From: Promethearchaeati archaeon
Lineage (GTDB): Archaea > Asgardarchaeota > Heimdallarchaeia > Heimdallarchaeales > Heimdallarchaeaceae
Length of the DNA stretch: 64,000 nucleotides
NCBI GenBank assembly: GCA_013166775.1
Contig: JABLTJ010000001.1
Location: forward strand, 64,001 to 128,000
Reading direction: 5' to 3'
In this document: in pieces, positions 38,126 to 48,231 of the stretch
Layout: every line of letters begins with the position of its first letter
How positions within the stretch are numbered: the stretch's first letter is position 1
Position numbers and translations under genes: made by a program
The notes under the pieces: model-generated
What the model saw: only the letters and a program-made list of their open reading frames with translations
Databases searched by the model: none
What the model was told of the DNA's origin: nothing

Positions 38126-38842
38126 TCACATGAGATCTAAAGTGCTTTGATATGCCCTCACTATATCTATGCTCTCAATATCTGTTGATTTTGCTACAAG
38201 TTCAGGAAGCTGGAAATTTAACCAATTCATTGCATCTTCCATTTGTTTTCGCATATTTGGATCTGTCTTTCTAAAAATGTCAACCAATAAATCAAAATCG
38301 ACACTCTGTTTTTCAGATATAACTGCTAACCAAGATTTTAGTGTCTCTATTCTTTGACTTGGTAAAATGAATTCAACACTGTTGCTATTTCTGTATGTTA
38401 CTACAATTCCTTTGATTTTAACTGGCATCAGAGGTATGAATTGACCACCTAATTGAGTTCGAAACAATAGAGAAAGTATTTTAGTTTTATCATTAATTCT
38501 TAATCTATCGTAAAGCTGATCGTAGTCTACTAATGTTGCTCCAAAGAAGATTTTGGTACTTTCATGTTCTATATTTAACGCTGATTTGGATTCAAGTACT
38601 GTACCATAATCCTGATCTCGAAATCGAATTGAGATGATTCTGGGTAAATCCCGAGTTAATTTTTCTAATACTTTATCTATCTCGCCTTCTATGACGAGAT
38701 CATCACCAGAAAAAGAAAAGCGAGGGTCAAAAATACGTTTTATTGTTATTAATTCTTCCTCCAGGGCTGAATACAATTCATTTAAGATTTCAATTCTTAG
38801 CAATTTTTGTGAAACTCTAATCATTGTAGTTTGAATCATCAT
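38126..38842 (-). CDS. Hypothetical protein directly downstream of polB
   Basis: 238 aa ORF starting 10 bp after the polB stop. Confidence 0.7.
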   Translation of the reverse strand: MMIQTTMIRVSQKLLRIEILNELYSALEEELITIKRIFDPRFSFSGDDLVIEGEIDKVLEKLTRDLPRIISIRFRDQDYGTVLESKSALNIEHESTKIFFGATLVDYDQLYDRLRINDKTKILSLLFRTQLGGQFIPLMPVKIKGIVVTYRNSNSVEFILPSQRIETLKSWLAVISEKQSVDFDLLVDIFRKTDPNMRKQMEDAMNWLNFQLPELVAKSTDIESIDIVRAYQSTLDLM

Positions 38843-38852
38843 AGATCCCCTT

Positions 38853-41648
38853 TTAGCTAAACCAGCTATCTAGCGATTTTTGTCCTTCAATAGATTCTTC
38901 CCAAGATATGCCGATAGTATCTAGTAACTGTATTAATGTTGACATTAGTAATTCTTTTACTTTTGGAATGTCAACATCAGTTTTTTTAGCCAGTTGAATT
39001 GGCTTCACAGAACATTCGTTGCTACCACTTATCTTATCTGATAATTGAATAGATTGCGTTTGAATTTTAAAGGATTTTGTCTTTATGAAGCTTATCAAAC
39101 TACCCTCTGTTGGTTTTTCTCCATCTGGAAATGCAAGAATCAATTGAACAGCTGCTTGTAAGGGTTGTGTCCAGCTATCATATTTATTGAGTTTTTTAGA
39201 AAGAGTGACTCTAATAGCCAAATCCTCAAGATTGAATTCTTTTTTGGATATTTTCTGATTTTGTCTTTGAATAATTTTAATGATTCTTTTCTTTGCTTCC
39301 TCTAATTCTTCTGAATTCTGAACCTTTGATAGAATGTCAAGAGCATCTTCAAAAGGTCTTTTCGCTAATTCTGGGGTGTTTTTTTTCTTTCCCATTAATC
39401 CTTTCACAATTGGATAACCTTTTGTTGTTATACCAAAGTAATTCTTTTTTCTGTCAGAAAGACCACAATAACGAAAAACATAATCGGTAGATAATTCAAT
39501 TTGAAAAGTGTCCATGCTCCATCTCTCTAATTCATCGATATTATCCATTGTTGGTTGGAGAACGAATATACTATCGGTATCACCATAAAGAACTTTCAGT
39601 CCAAGCTTTTCTTCACAATATTGTTTCGTCTTTGATATTGCTTCTCTTGCAAGTGCTGCAGTTGATTCTGCTACTGGAGGACAATATAATGCAAAGTTAT
39701 CTGAACCAAATACACCATAACTTGCATTCAAAAGAACTTTCAATGATGATTGAATTACATCGCTTTGGTTTCTCTCTGATTCACTCAGTTTCTGATCTTT
39801 TGCTCTATCTTTAAACCAATAAACTCTGATATCTCTGATGAATCCTATCAACATTGAGCTTATTCCTACATGTTGATTACATATCCAGTGATTTGTCTCT
39901 GGGATCCTATTTCTCTTACATTCTGCATGAGAACAATTTATGGTCTCGTAAGAGAGATTTCGTGTTTTTATCAGAGAAGGGTACAAACTGGCGAAATCAA
40001 GTACATGAACATCCCACCAAATTCCTACTTGAGGATCAATGACTATTGCTCCTTGATACTTTTTGCCTTTGATAATTGCTTCTGTGGATGTGCCTCCTTT
40101 CAAATGAAGAATATCTTCCTGTCTTGGAATAAGATAATTACGAAGACGATGTTCATTGTACATCCAGTTTTGAATCCAAATACTAACGCTAGATCTTGTA
40201 AAATCATCAATTGGCATTTTTGTGATTCTAGATAACATAAAAATTAATTCAATAGCTTGATTGTTATTGAAAGTAGTTAACTCAAGGGTTATTTCAGAAT
40301 CTCTAGCATTATATTCTATTAATTCTTCCAAATCCAAATCCCAAATAAATTTCTCAAGTTTGAGTTTTTCCTTTCCCAATAACGTTTTTCCGAGTTCATC
40401 CAAGGTGACTCTATCATATGCTCCACCAAAAGCATAAATTCTCATTGCTGGTTGTCGGAAGAATCTATACAAATCAATATGGGCTCCATTGGTAAGATAG
40501 ACATCTTGAGTTCTTGTTCGAACAAATGGAATCAATTTTCCATCTATTTCTAATTTTTTTGCTCTATTATCTAAATATAGAAAATCAAAATTATCTCCAT
40601 TGAAAGTAATAACAATTGGATACTCACTAAGTTTACGAAAAACAGTTTCTAGCAATTCTTTCTCATTATCAAATTCCATGAATTTTCTTTGTGTTTTTCT
40701 TTTGTCAAGAGGTTTTTTCTCCTTATTCAAAACGTATACAATGGTTTCTCCTTGGTTGTCAGAAATACCAACAGAGATGACTTCTTCCTCAGCTGAATGA
40801 GGACTAGGAATTTTGTCCTTTTCACTATGCAATTCGATATCAACTGAACACCTCTTAATATCAGGAATAGGAGCAAAAAATAAAGGCATATATTGCTCTA
40901 CAAGCTTCAGAATTTCCTGTTTTTGCTCTTGAAAAATTGATGTTATACCTTTTTTTACTTCTCCAGGTATTTTAGGTTCAACTCGTTTCAAATTACCATT
41001 CTCAATTTCATAATACAGTCCAGGAATCAATTGTTTGTCATAGATGTAATTTAGATGATAACGAATATTAGCTTCAAAAGAGGGGGTTATCCTTTCTCTA
41101 TAACTATCTTCTTTGCCACCTATTGCAAGCGGATTTGTAGCTAGAACTTTCGTGAGAGTTAGATCTTTATTTGATAGTAGATTGTGTTTTTTTGTTACTT
41201 CACAACCAACAAATTCTTTCTCGTTTTGTAGAAGGTTTTCTATATCGGTTTTTTTCATTGTTGTAATAAGATATGGCAAGTGATTGGTATTATCATACCA
41301 TCTGTAAACTTTACCATCTTCTGGATTAAACAGTTTTAAATAAGCTAGCTCGGCTTTTCCATCGTATTTTACATCAATTAAATACGAAGGAGGTAAGTCT
41401 TCAGGAGCGAGAAATATGTATTCGTTACCTTTTTCTTTTTGTAAGTGTTCCTCTAATGTTGCTGTCTTTGTCTGATTGCTTCCATTACTGATTTCCTCGA
41501 AATCCTTTCTATTGTTTGGGGGAGCTTCTTTATTCTTTACTTCGTTATTTTTACCCTCAATTTTACTATTAGCATGAAAGAAAGTATCAAGGTTGTTCTC
41601 AGCACCTGTATTTTCGTTGTTATCTATGGTTCCTTTTGCCTGTTTCAA
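38853..41648 (-). CDS. polB: Family B DNA polymerase, PolB1-type
   Basis: DIE and TFNGDNFD exonuclease motifs, DFASLYPS, KVLLNASYG, YGDTDS, KKNY; YDG...A..KL...WYD.T.H.PY N-domain; C-terminal QKSLDSWF PIP box. Confidence 0.95.
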   Translation of the reverse strand: MKQAKGTIDNNENTGAENNLDTFFHANSKIEGKNNEVKNKEAPPNNRKDFEEISNGSNQTKTATLEEHLQKEKGNEYIFLAPEDLPPSYLIDVKYDGKAELAYLKLFNPEDGKVYRWYDNTNHLPYLITTMKKTDIENLLQNEKEFVGCEVTKKHNLLSNKDLTLTKVLATNPLAIGGKEDSYRERITPSFEANIRYHLNYIYDKQLIPGLYYEIENGNLKRVEPKIPGEVKKGITSIFQEQKQEILKLVEQYMPLFFAPIPDIKRCSVDIELHSEKDKIPSPHSAEEEVISVGISDNQGETIVYVLNKEKKPLDKRKTQRKFMEFDNEKELLETVFRKLSEYPIVITFNGDNFDFLYLDNRAKKLEIDGKLIPFVRTRTQDVYLTNGAHIDLYRFFRQPAMRIYAFGGAYDRVTLDELGKTLLGKEKLKLEKFIWDLDLEELIEYNARDSEITLELTTFNNNQAIELIFMLSRITKMPIDDFTRSSVSIWIQNWMYNEHRLRNYLIPRQEDILHLKGGTSTEAIIKGKKYQGAIVIDPQVGIWWDVHVLDFASLYPSLIKTRNLSYETINCSHAECKRNRIPETNHWICNQHVGISSMLIGFIRDIRVYWFKDRAKDQKLSESERNQSDVIQSSLKVLLNASYGVFGSDNFALYCPPVAESTAALAREAISKTKQYCEEKLGLKVLYGDTDSIFVLQPTMDNIDELERWSMDTFQIELSTDYVFRYCGLSDRKKNYFGITTKGYPIVKGLMGKKKNTPELAKRPFEDALDILSKVQNSEELEEAKKRIIKIIQRQNQKISKKEFNLEDLAIRVTLSKKLNKYDSWTQPLQAAVQLILAFPDGEKPTEGSLISFIKTKSFKIQTQSIQLSDKISGSNECSVKPIQLAKKTDVDIPKVKELLMSTLIQLLDTIGISWEESIEGQKSLDSWFS

Positions 41649-41874
41649 GTTTATTAAGCCCTCTTCATTGATTCTATAAGCATTTGAGAAGTTCTTATGA
41701 TTCTATTGTAATTTTTCGTCTAATATCTAGACTCGAAACGATATTAAAATACATCAATATATTTGTTATTGTTAGAAAGTAAAAATTCTTTTCAGAATCT
41801 TGGATTATTACAAAGAAACATAAATATTCAAATTTTCATTTATACCTATTCATTTATTTAGTTAGTTATTTGGC

Positions 41875-42318
41875 GTGATATATATGAGATCGTTATTTGA
41901 AAAATTAATTAATGTACACTTCATTAAACTGGAAAAAGGAGAAGATATACTAGAAACAATAGTGAATTACTGTAAAGAAGTAAATCTCAAATCTGGAGCA
42001 ATTTATGGGTTGGGAGCAGTAGAGAAAGCCTCTTTAGGATTCTATGATTTAAATTCAAAGACTTACTTGACTAATGATTACAAATTCAATGCTGAGATTT
42101 TGAACTGCACAGGAAATATAGCAAAGAATAAAGAAACTGGGGAATACATTGCTCATATACATATGACAATTGGAGATGCTGAAGGTAAAACATTTGGAGG
42201 CCATCTGCTTCCCGGTAATCCTATAAGTGTAACTGGTGAATTTACTATATTCGAGATAGATACAATTTTGGAAAGAGAACTTGATGATGAATTCAAGCTT
42301 CTTCTCTTAAGCTTGTAG
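41875..42318 (+). CDS. PPC/DUF296 domain protein
   Basis: KLEKGED, GLGAV, EI....GNI, HIH, GGHL. Confidence 0.88.
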   Translation: MIYMRSLFEKLINVHFIKLEKGEDILETIVNYCKEVNLKSGAIYGLGAVEKASLGFYDLNSKTYLTNDYKFNAEILNCTGNIAKNKETGEYIAHIHMTIGDAEGKTFGGHLLPGNPISVTGEFTIFEIDTILERELDDEFKLLLLSL

Positions 42319-42435
42319 AGTTATTTTCTCTTAATCTCATCATACTCACGTTTTCTTTCACTTTACTTATCAACCCGCCCCCGAACAAACTTTTAATAAT
42401 GTAGAATGCTTTTATCTTATTGAACAAGTTAGATC

Positions 42436-43449
42436 GTGGTTACAGTGTCTGAGATAATTCAAGAAATACTAGAAAGCGGTGCAATATTAGTTGTTAACCC
42501 AACAGTTATGGAAACAAATCCTGATGATTTTTTAGATCACTATGGTCATATTTTAGATGTTATAGCATTAGTAGCAAAAGGAAGATCAGGTTTTACTTTC
42601 TATCAAAGTAATAGTGCACCTAAAGATAAAAATAATGGGGTGTTCTTCCACTCTTTTTGCACAATTGCTGATAATATGGGTATCAAGGTTGATGCTTTTC
42701 TTTATGTTCATGGTGACAATTTTCTTTCTCAAAATGCAGATTTTAGAGTATTCAATAGTGAAGGTTCCACTATTTCTTCATATGCTTGTCCAAGTCAAGA
42801 AAATCTTAGCAAATACACAGCTGCAATAGCTATGGAAATTGCTCAGTATCCAATAGAGGCATTAATTCTTGATGATTTGATGTTATCTAATAAAAGAACA
42901 TGTTTCTGCGATAGATGTAGAAGGATTTTTGCAAGTAAATGGAATATTGAAAGAGATTTTGGTCTCGAGTTTCTCGAATCAAGAGATTTGATAATTGATT
43001 GGCATGAATATCGTTATACTTACCTAAATCAAACTTTAAGGGAAATTACTGACGCTATTAAAAATCAGAAAAACATTGATATCTCTACTGTGATTAAAGC
43101 CGATAGGGAGACTAATTTTATAGAAGGAGCTCAAGAACATTTCGGTCAAAATCTAGCTGAATTAGCAAGAATTACAAATAATTTAATAATTCATGTTAAC
43201 CCATGGAGTGAGAGTTTTCCTGCTCCTAGCAGCAATGAATACCAACAATTGATGAATTCATTAGCTGTGTTAAAAGAATATTCAGGTTCTGGAATTAAGC
43301 CCTCACTATATTTCTGGAACATCACATCTTCAGAAAAGCTCAAAATTGCATTGAAATTAAAAGAGGATTTACGGGCTGAAAAATTGTTTATCGAACCTTC
43401 TCTTCCACATGATTTCACAAAAAGAAGAACTACAAATCTTGGGTTTTAA
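42436..43449 (+). CDS. Glycoside-hydrolase-like TIM-barrel protein
   Basis: K..SG...Y.S, ACPS, LDD, CFCDRC..F, W...R patterns of GHL-type families. Confidence 0.5.
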   Translation: MVTVSEIIQEILESGAILVVNPTVMETNPDDFLDHYGHILDVIALVAKGRSGFTFYQSNSAPKDKNNGVFFHSFCTIADNMGIKVDAFLYVHGDNFLSQNADFRVFNSEGSTISSYACPSQENLSKYTAAIAMEIAQYPIEALILDDLMLSNKRTCFCDRCRRIFASKWNIERDFGLEFLESRDLIIDWHEYRYTYLNQTLREITDAIKNQKNIDISTVIKADRETNFIEGAQEHFGQNLAELARITNNLIIHVNPWSESFPAPSSNEYQQLMNSLAVLKEYSGSGIKPSLYFWNITSSEKLKIALKLKEDLRAEKLFIEPSLPHDFTKRRTTNLGF

Positions 43450-43451
43450 TA

Positions 43452-44792
43452 ATGAGCCTTGAAAAATCAATTGAAGAAATAAAGAAAATGTTTTGGGGAG
43501 TACTGAAAGGCAAATTTAGTCCAGATGAGGAAGAAGATGTAAAAGCTCATTTAATAACAAATTTAGCAACACTTACCTCCTATGCAAAATCATACTTACC
43601 TCCTGAGCAACAGGAAGAATACGAAAAACACTTTTCTAAAGCAAAGGACGCTCTACTAAAATTTGATAGTGCTGGACCTTGGTTTCGTGAACTACCAGCA
43701 ATGATTGATACAGTTTATAATATTATAACTCATGCAAATATGCTTCAAATTGAGTATAGACGATTCAGTGGAACTGACGAAAATACCATCCAATATTTTC
43801 AAACAAAACTTGAAAGCCTTGAAATGAATGTTAACTCGATGTTTGAGGATTTAAAGAAATTGAAGAAGCATACAGCTACTGTGTTAGGAACACCAGTACC
43901 TGTTGAAGCTGAGGAAGAAGAAATCAAAGAGGATGTTATTGACAAACTGCCTAGAGAACCAGAGGAAGTTTCATCAATTCTAGAACCTGAAGAAGAAACA
44001 GAAGTTAGTAAGATTGAAGATGTAGGGGAATTTCAACCTCAAGAAGTTATAGAGGAATTTCAGTTAGATACAGAAGATTCTGAAGAAGAATCCAATGAAG
44101 AAACGATGCCTTTAGAAACACAAGAGTTAATTGAAGGGATTGAACTTGCTTCTCAATATGAATTTGATCAAGAGCCTTTTGTAGAAACAATAGAATCTGA
44201 ACAAGAATCCTTAAAGAAATTAGCCAGTCTCTTATCAGCTCTAGATCCAGGAGATGATACTGTCATATCCCCTCTTACTGAGAAACTAATGTCTTTAGGT
44301 GATGATGAAGAAATTTTAATCTCTGAAGAACCTCCGATAATAGAAGAGGGTTTAAGTAAGGAGGAAATTGCGGATGCACATGCCTATCACTCTTCTGTTT
44401 CCCGATTAACCAATGTTCTTTCAGATCCTGAAACTCAAGAAGATGCTGCTCAATTCGTTTCCTCAATAAAGAAAACAATAGCTACAGTGTCTCAAGAAAA
44501 GGATTTCGAGAAAGGAGAGAAATCTCCATTGACAAAAATAATCGAAGCTGAAGCAGGAGAAGTTGAAAAACCGCCTGTACAAACAGAGGATATTCAAAAT
44601 ATCATTAAACATTTGGAATCAAGAAGAGAGAAAGCAATTGAGAGAATTCATCAATTAGAAGAAGCATTAACTACTGAGAAAATAGATGAAGAAGAGTGGC
44701 AAGAATTAAGGATAAAAGCTGAACGTCACATGTTACGTATTGAAGATACACTTGATGGTTATAAGCGATATCTTAACAAATTACATAGTTAA
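43452..44792 (+). CDS. Acidic helical/coiled-coil hypothetical protein
   Basis: 446 aa, E-rich middle, C-terminal coiled coil; 2 bp after the previous gene. Confidence 0.75.
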   Translation: MSLEKSIEEIKKMFWGVLKGKFSPDEEEDVKAHLITNLATLTSYAKSYLPPEQQEEYEKHFSKAKDALLKFDSAGPWFRELPAMIDTVYNIITHANMLQIEYRRFSGTDENTIQYFQTKLESLEMNVNSMFEDLKKLKKHTATVLGTPVPVEAEEEEIKEDVIDKLPREPEEVSSILEPEEETEVSKIEDVGEFQPQEVIEEFQLDTEDSEEESNEETMPLETQELIEGIELASQYEFDQEPFVETIESEQESLKKLASLLSALDPGDDTVISPLTEKLMSLGDDEEILISEEPPIIEEGLSKEEIADAHAYHSSVSRLTNVLSDPETQEDAAQFVSSIKKTIATVSQEKDFEKGEKSPLTKIIEAEAGEVEKPPVQTEDIQNIIKHLESRREKAIERIHQLEEALTTEKIDEEEWQELRIKAERHMLRIEDTLDGYKRYLNKLHS

Positions 44793-44806
44793 TCACACTG
44801 AAACAA

Positions 44807-45241
44807 ATGGATGTAACAATGACATTTCTTATTCATTTTTACTATGGAAATAGACTAGAAGTTTTTCAAGCAGGTCTTGGAGTTATTATTAGGGGTCTGG
44901 GACATTCAAGAAAAGCAAGAATATATCTCATAAACGATTCTTTTCCATGGGTTGATGAACTAGAACAGAAAAGTGAACTACCTCTTCAGATAATCGCAAG
45001 AGATGCAACTAAGAATCTTTTAAATGAAGTTCAAAAGGAATTGAGAGAATTAGATGGTGAAATTTGCCTCCTAGCTAATTTTGACTTGCTATTTGATAGT
45101 TGGTTGGAAATTGAAGACTTTCTTTCACTAGCTAAAGAAATTAACAAAACGAATGAAGTAATAATAACTTGTGAGTACAAATATGATTTACTAGAAGATT
45201 TGGGAGACTATGTTAGTTCTTTTGAATCACAAGAATTGTAA
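44807..45241 (+). CDS. Degenerate CobO/BtuR-like protein
   Basis: IHFYYG....F.AGLG..IRGLGH, EVIIT, L..L.DYVS; lacks GKGKT. Confidence 0.5.
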   Translation: MDVTMTFLIHFYYGNRLEVFQAGLGVIIRGLGHSRKARIYLINDSFPWVDELEQKSELPLQIIARDATKNLLNEVQKELRELDGEICLLANFDLLFDSWLEIEDFLSLAKEINKTNEVIITCEYKYDLLEDLGDYVSSFESQEL

Positions 45242-46018
45242 ATCTACTGCAATATGTGCGATTCTTGGAGCTAGCCATCTGATAATTCTTGTTTTATTTA
45301 TAGATGCTTTATTAGATATCTCTTCTGGAGTTACTTTATCTAGTCTATCCTCTACTATATCTTGTATTGTATCTTCCGAAAGAATTTTTTCTGTAACCTG
45401 CCAGTGAATATATCCCTTCCCTTGTTTTAAAGAATAGAAAGCCAAAGGTAGAGCTCTATCAGCTTCAATAGGCAATGGTAAAAGAATTCTGTTTACTTTA
45501 TTAGAGAATTTTTCCGGAACGATTTCAAAAGCATCTCCTAGGTGTGGAAAAACTCTATCTTGGCATTTATTGAGTTCTATATTATTACATAAATATTGAT
45601 AAGCAAATTCATTGATTTCAATACAATGAACTTCACACAAACTTTGTTTAGATGCAATAGTAATCCCAAAAGGACCAACCCCTGAGAAGAAATTTAGTAT
45701 TTTTTCATCCTTCTTTACTAAATTTGCAATTCTTTGTCTTTCAAAGCTTAAACGTGGAGAGAAGAATGCTTTCTCTAAATCAACACAAAATGAATTTCCA
45801 TGTTCTTTATAGATTGTAACAAAAGTATTCTTTCCCATTAAATGTTTAAGATCCCTTCTACGTTCTTGACCTTGAACTTTTGAAGTTTGGAGAACTACTG
45901 TTCTAATATAAGAGTGTTTATCCATCTTCTCTTTTGCGAATTCTTTGAGTGTTTTTTTGTCAGCAACTTCTCTAATAATAAGAATGGTTCCTATTATTTC
46001 AAAAGCTAAATTCTTCAT
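45227..46018 (-). CDS. Trm5/Tyw2 family tRNA-modifying SAM-dependent transferase
   Basis: EIIG.I.I, KEHG..F.VD....FFSPRL..ER.R, FSGVGPF, EIN..AY..L..N..LN. Confidence 0.85.
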   Translation of the reverse strand: MKNLAFEIIGTILIIREVADKKTLKEFAKEKMDKHSYIRTVVLQTSKVQGQERRRDLKHLMGKNTFVTIYKEHGNSFCVDLEKAFFSPRLSFERQRIANLVKKDEKILNFFSGVGPFGITIASKQSLCEVHCIEINEFAYQYLCNNIELNKCQDRVFPHLGDAFEIVPEKFSNKVNRILLPLPIEADRALPLAFYSLKQGKGYIHWQVTEKILSEDTIQDIVEDRLDKVTPEEISNKASINKTRIIRWLAPRIAHIAVDLQFL

Positions 46019-46077
46019 CTTCTCACTTTTATAATGCCATTAAGAAAGGTTAAACAATCATTTTACTGTGTTCAAAT

Positions 46078-48231
46078 TTAATTCTGTGGAACTTCACGAA
46101 TAGAAGGTCCCTTATACACCGCACGATCGAAAGCAAGTCTTCGCATCTGAGGTTGGGTGTTAATTTCCTCATAATATTGTGCTGTTAATCCTGCAATTCT
46201 GCCAAAGACAAAAACAGCTTTGGCCAGTTTAGGATTTATGCCCATATCAGCTATAATCGCACCAATAACTCCATCTACATTGATGGGTAGATTCATACCT
46301 CTAACTCTATAAAATGCATCACTAACTAGTTTTGATACAGCAACACATTCTTTAGCATAGCCTGCTTTTTCTGAAAGATCCCATAGAACATCTCTTCTAG
46401 GGTCTTGTGTATGTATACGATGACCTAATCCTTCGATTCTTTTTCCAGCTTTGATTGTCTCTCGGATTGTTTCAAATGCAGTTTCATCAAGATCTTTATT
46501 GTTTTCTTTAGCATTCTTAACAACTGATAAGAAGAACTCTGCTGCTTTTTGACCAGCACCACCATGAACATCTGTAATAGCTTGAGTACCAGCTGAAAGA
46601 GCTACTTCATAATTTGCTCGTGTTGATGCTAAAATACGGGTAGCTTGTGCAGAAGGTGGTGTGACTCCATGATCTACGCAAGCTGTGATTATCGCTTCGA
46701 GTAATTTAATTTTTGACACATCAGAAGGTATTTCACCTACTAAACCTAAGTAAATTAATTCTGAAAATGAAACATCCTCTTTCTGCAAATTTATGATTTT
46801 ATCTTCATTATTGAAGAATTTAGTAAGATATTTTAATACCCTACCAAGTGCGTATGCTACTACTTTGGATTCATCATTAGCTTCTCTCGCAAAACTAGAT
46901 AAATTATCATCAAGTAGCAAAAATGTACCTATTACTTTTGCAACATCTGTTTCATTTAAGATATTATAATCATTAAACAATTCATCCTTTAAAGCTTTTA
47001 ATGCAAGATTCTCCAGCTCAGCTATTTGTTTAACAGGAAATTCACCTTTATTTAGTAAATACGCTGTTTCAAGTAATCCCTTTCTTGCAATAATCTCTTG
47101 CAAAGGATATCCTCTAATTATCAAATTGTTTGGCATAACATTTGTAATTAATGTACCCCAAGTGGGTTCTGGAGATTTAGCATCCCATTTTTTACGCATT
47201 CTATTGTAATAATCTTCGATTTCAAAGTAGGTTTTTCCTAACTTAGATTTTACAACTTCAATCAAATCTCTTTGATGATTAACTACAGTAGCTCCTGCTT
47301 TTTCTAATGTTTCTTTTTTTGAATTGAAAGTACCATAATTCTGTCCTGGAGCTATCACCGCTCCAGCATGTCCCATTGTTTTTCCTTCTGGAGCATTAGC
47401 TCCTGAAATTAATGCGACTAATGGTTTAGGATATTTCTCAGGATGAGCTATCATATCCTGTGCGAGTAATTCTTCTTGCATCCCTCCTATTTCTCCGGCA
47501 ACTACTACTAAATCTGTCTCTTCATATTTCATTACTAACGAAACTAGATCTACAAATCTAGAACCTATTGCACCGTCTCCTCCTACTCCTAATACGCCAT
47601 TTTGTGCAATTCCTGCACTAGCTAACGCATCTGACATATGATAGAGAATTGCTCCACTTCGAGATAAAATTGTTACACCTTTTGCCCCCACTTCTTCTCC
47701 AACAATTTGTGCTTGAAAAATATCTGGAAGCATACCAATTTTTATTCCTTCTGGTGGAAAAATTATTCCTGGTGTGTTTCCACCAAATAAAATTGTCTTA
47801 TGTTTTCTAGCTTCAACTAAAATATCTCTTACATCTTTTAATGGGATAAATTCAGAGATTAGAACAACAATAGGTATTCCTGACTTTATCACTTCAATTG
47901 TTGCATCTTTAGCAGTAGAATAATGTCTCCATATGCTAGCAACTGCAATATTTGGGTGATTATTAATTGCTTCCTGTGCAGAATCATAAACGGGTATAGT
48001 TTCATGTACCTTTGTTCCTCCTCTACCTGGAGCTACACCACAAGTAACATTAGTTCCATATTCCATCATGAGTTGCGCATGTCTAGTTCCTTGTCTACCA
48101 AGACCAACTATCATAGTTTCTATTGTTTTTGTTTTAGTGATTTGTTCTGCTAGCTCTGGCCTAATCTCTTTAATTAAGTAATACAATAAACCTTGATCTG
48201 GTTTTAATTTTCCTTCTACCATTGCTCTCAC
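46078..48231 (-). CDS. ATP-citrate-lyase-like alpha chain: succinyl-CoA-synthetase-alpha domains fused to citryl-CoA lyase domain
   Basis: GGNTPG, SRSG, GEIGG, MGHAGA phospho-His; then IRGY, DHG..PPS, HGGA, GLGHR.H..DPR, NVDG. Confidence 0.85.
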   Translation of the reverse strand: MRAMVEGKLKPDQGLLYYLIKEIRPELAEQITKTKTIETMIVGLGRQGTRHAQLMMEYGTNVTCGVAPGRGGTKVHETIPVYDSAQEAINNHPNIAVASIWRHYSTAKDATIEVIKSGIPIVVLISEFIPLKDVRDILVEARKHKTILFGGNTPGIIFPPEGIKIGMLPDIFQAQIVGEEVGAKGVTILSRSGAILYHMSDALASAGIAQNGVLGVGGDGAIGSRFVDLVSLVMKYEETDLVVVAGEIGGMQEELLAQDMIAHPEKYPKPLVALISGANAPEGKTMGHAGAVIAPGQNYGTFNSKKETLEKAGATVVNHQRDLIEVVKSKLGKTYFEIEDYYNRMRKKWDAKSPEPTWGTLITNVMPNNLIIRGYPLQEIIARKGLLETAYLLNKGEFPVKQIAELENLALKALKDELFNDYNILNETDVAKVIGTFLLLDDNLSSFAREANDESKVVAYALGRVLKYLTKFFNNEDKIINLQKEDVSFSELIYLGLVGEIPSDVSKIKLLEAIITACVDHGVTPPSAQATRILASTRANYEVALSAGTQAITDVHGGAGQKAAEFFLSVVKNAKENNKDLDETAFETIRETIKAGKRIEGLGHRIHTQDPRRDVLWDLSEKAGYAKECVAVSKLVSDAFYRVRGMNLPINVDGVIGAIIADMGINPKLAKAVFVFGRIAGLTAQYYEEINTQPQMRRLAFDRAVYKGPSIREVPQN

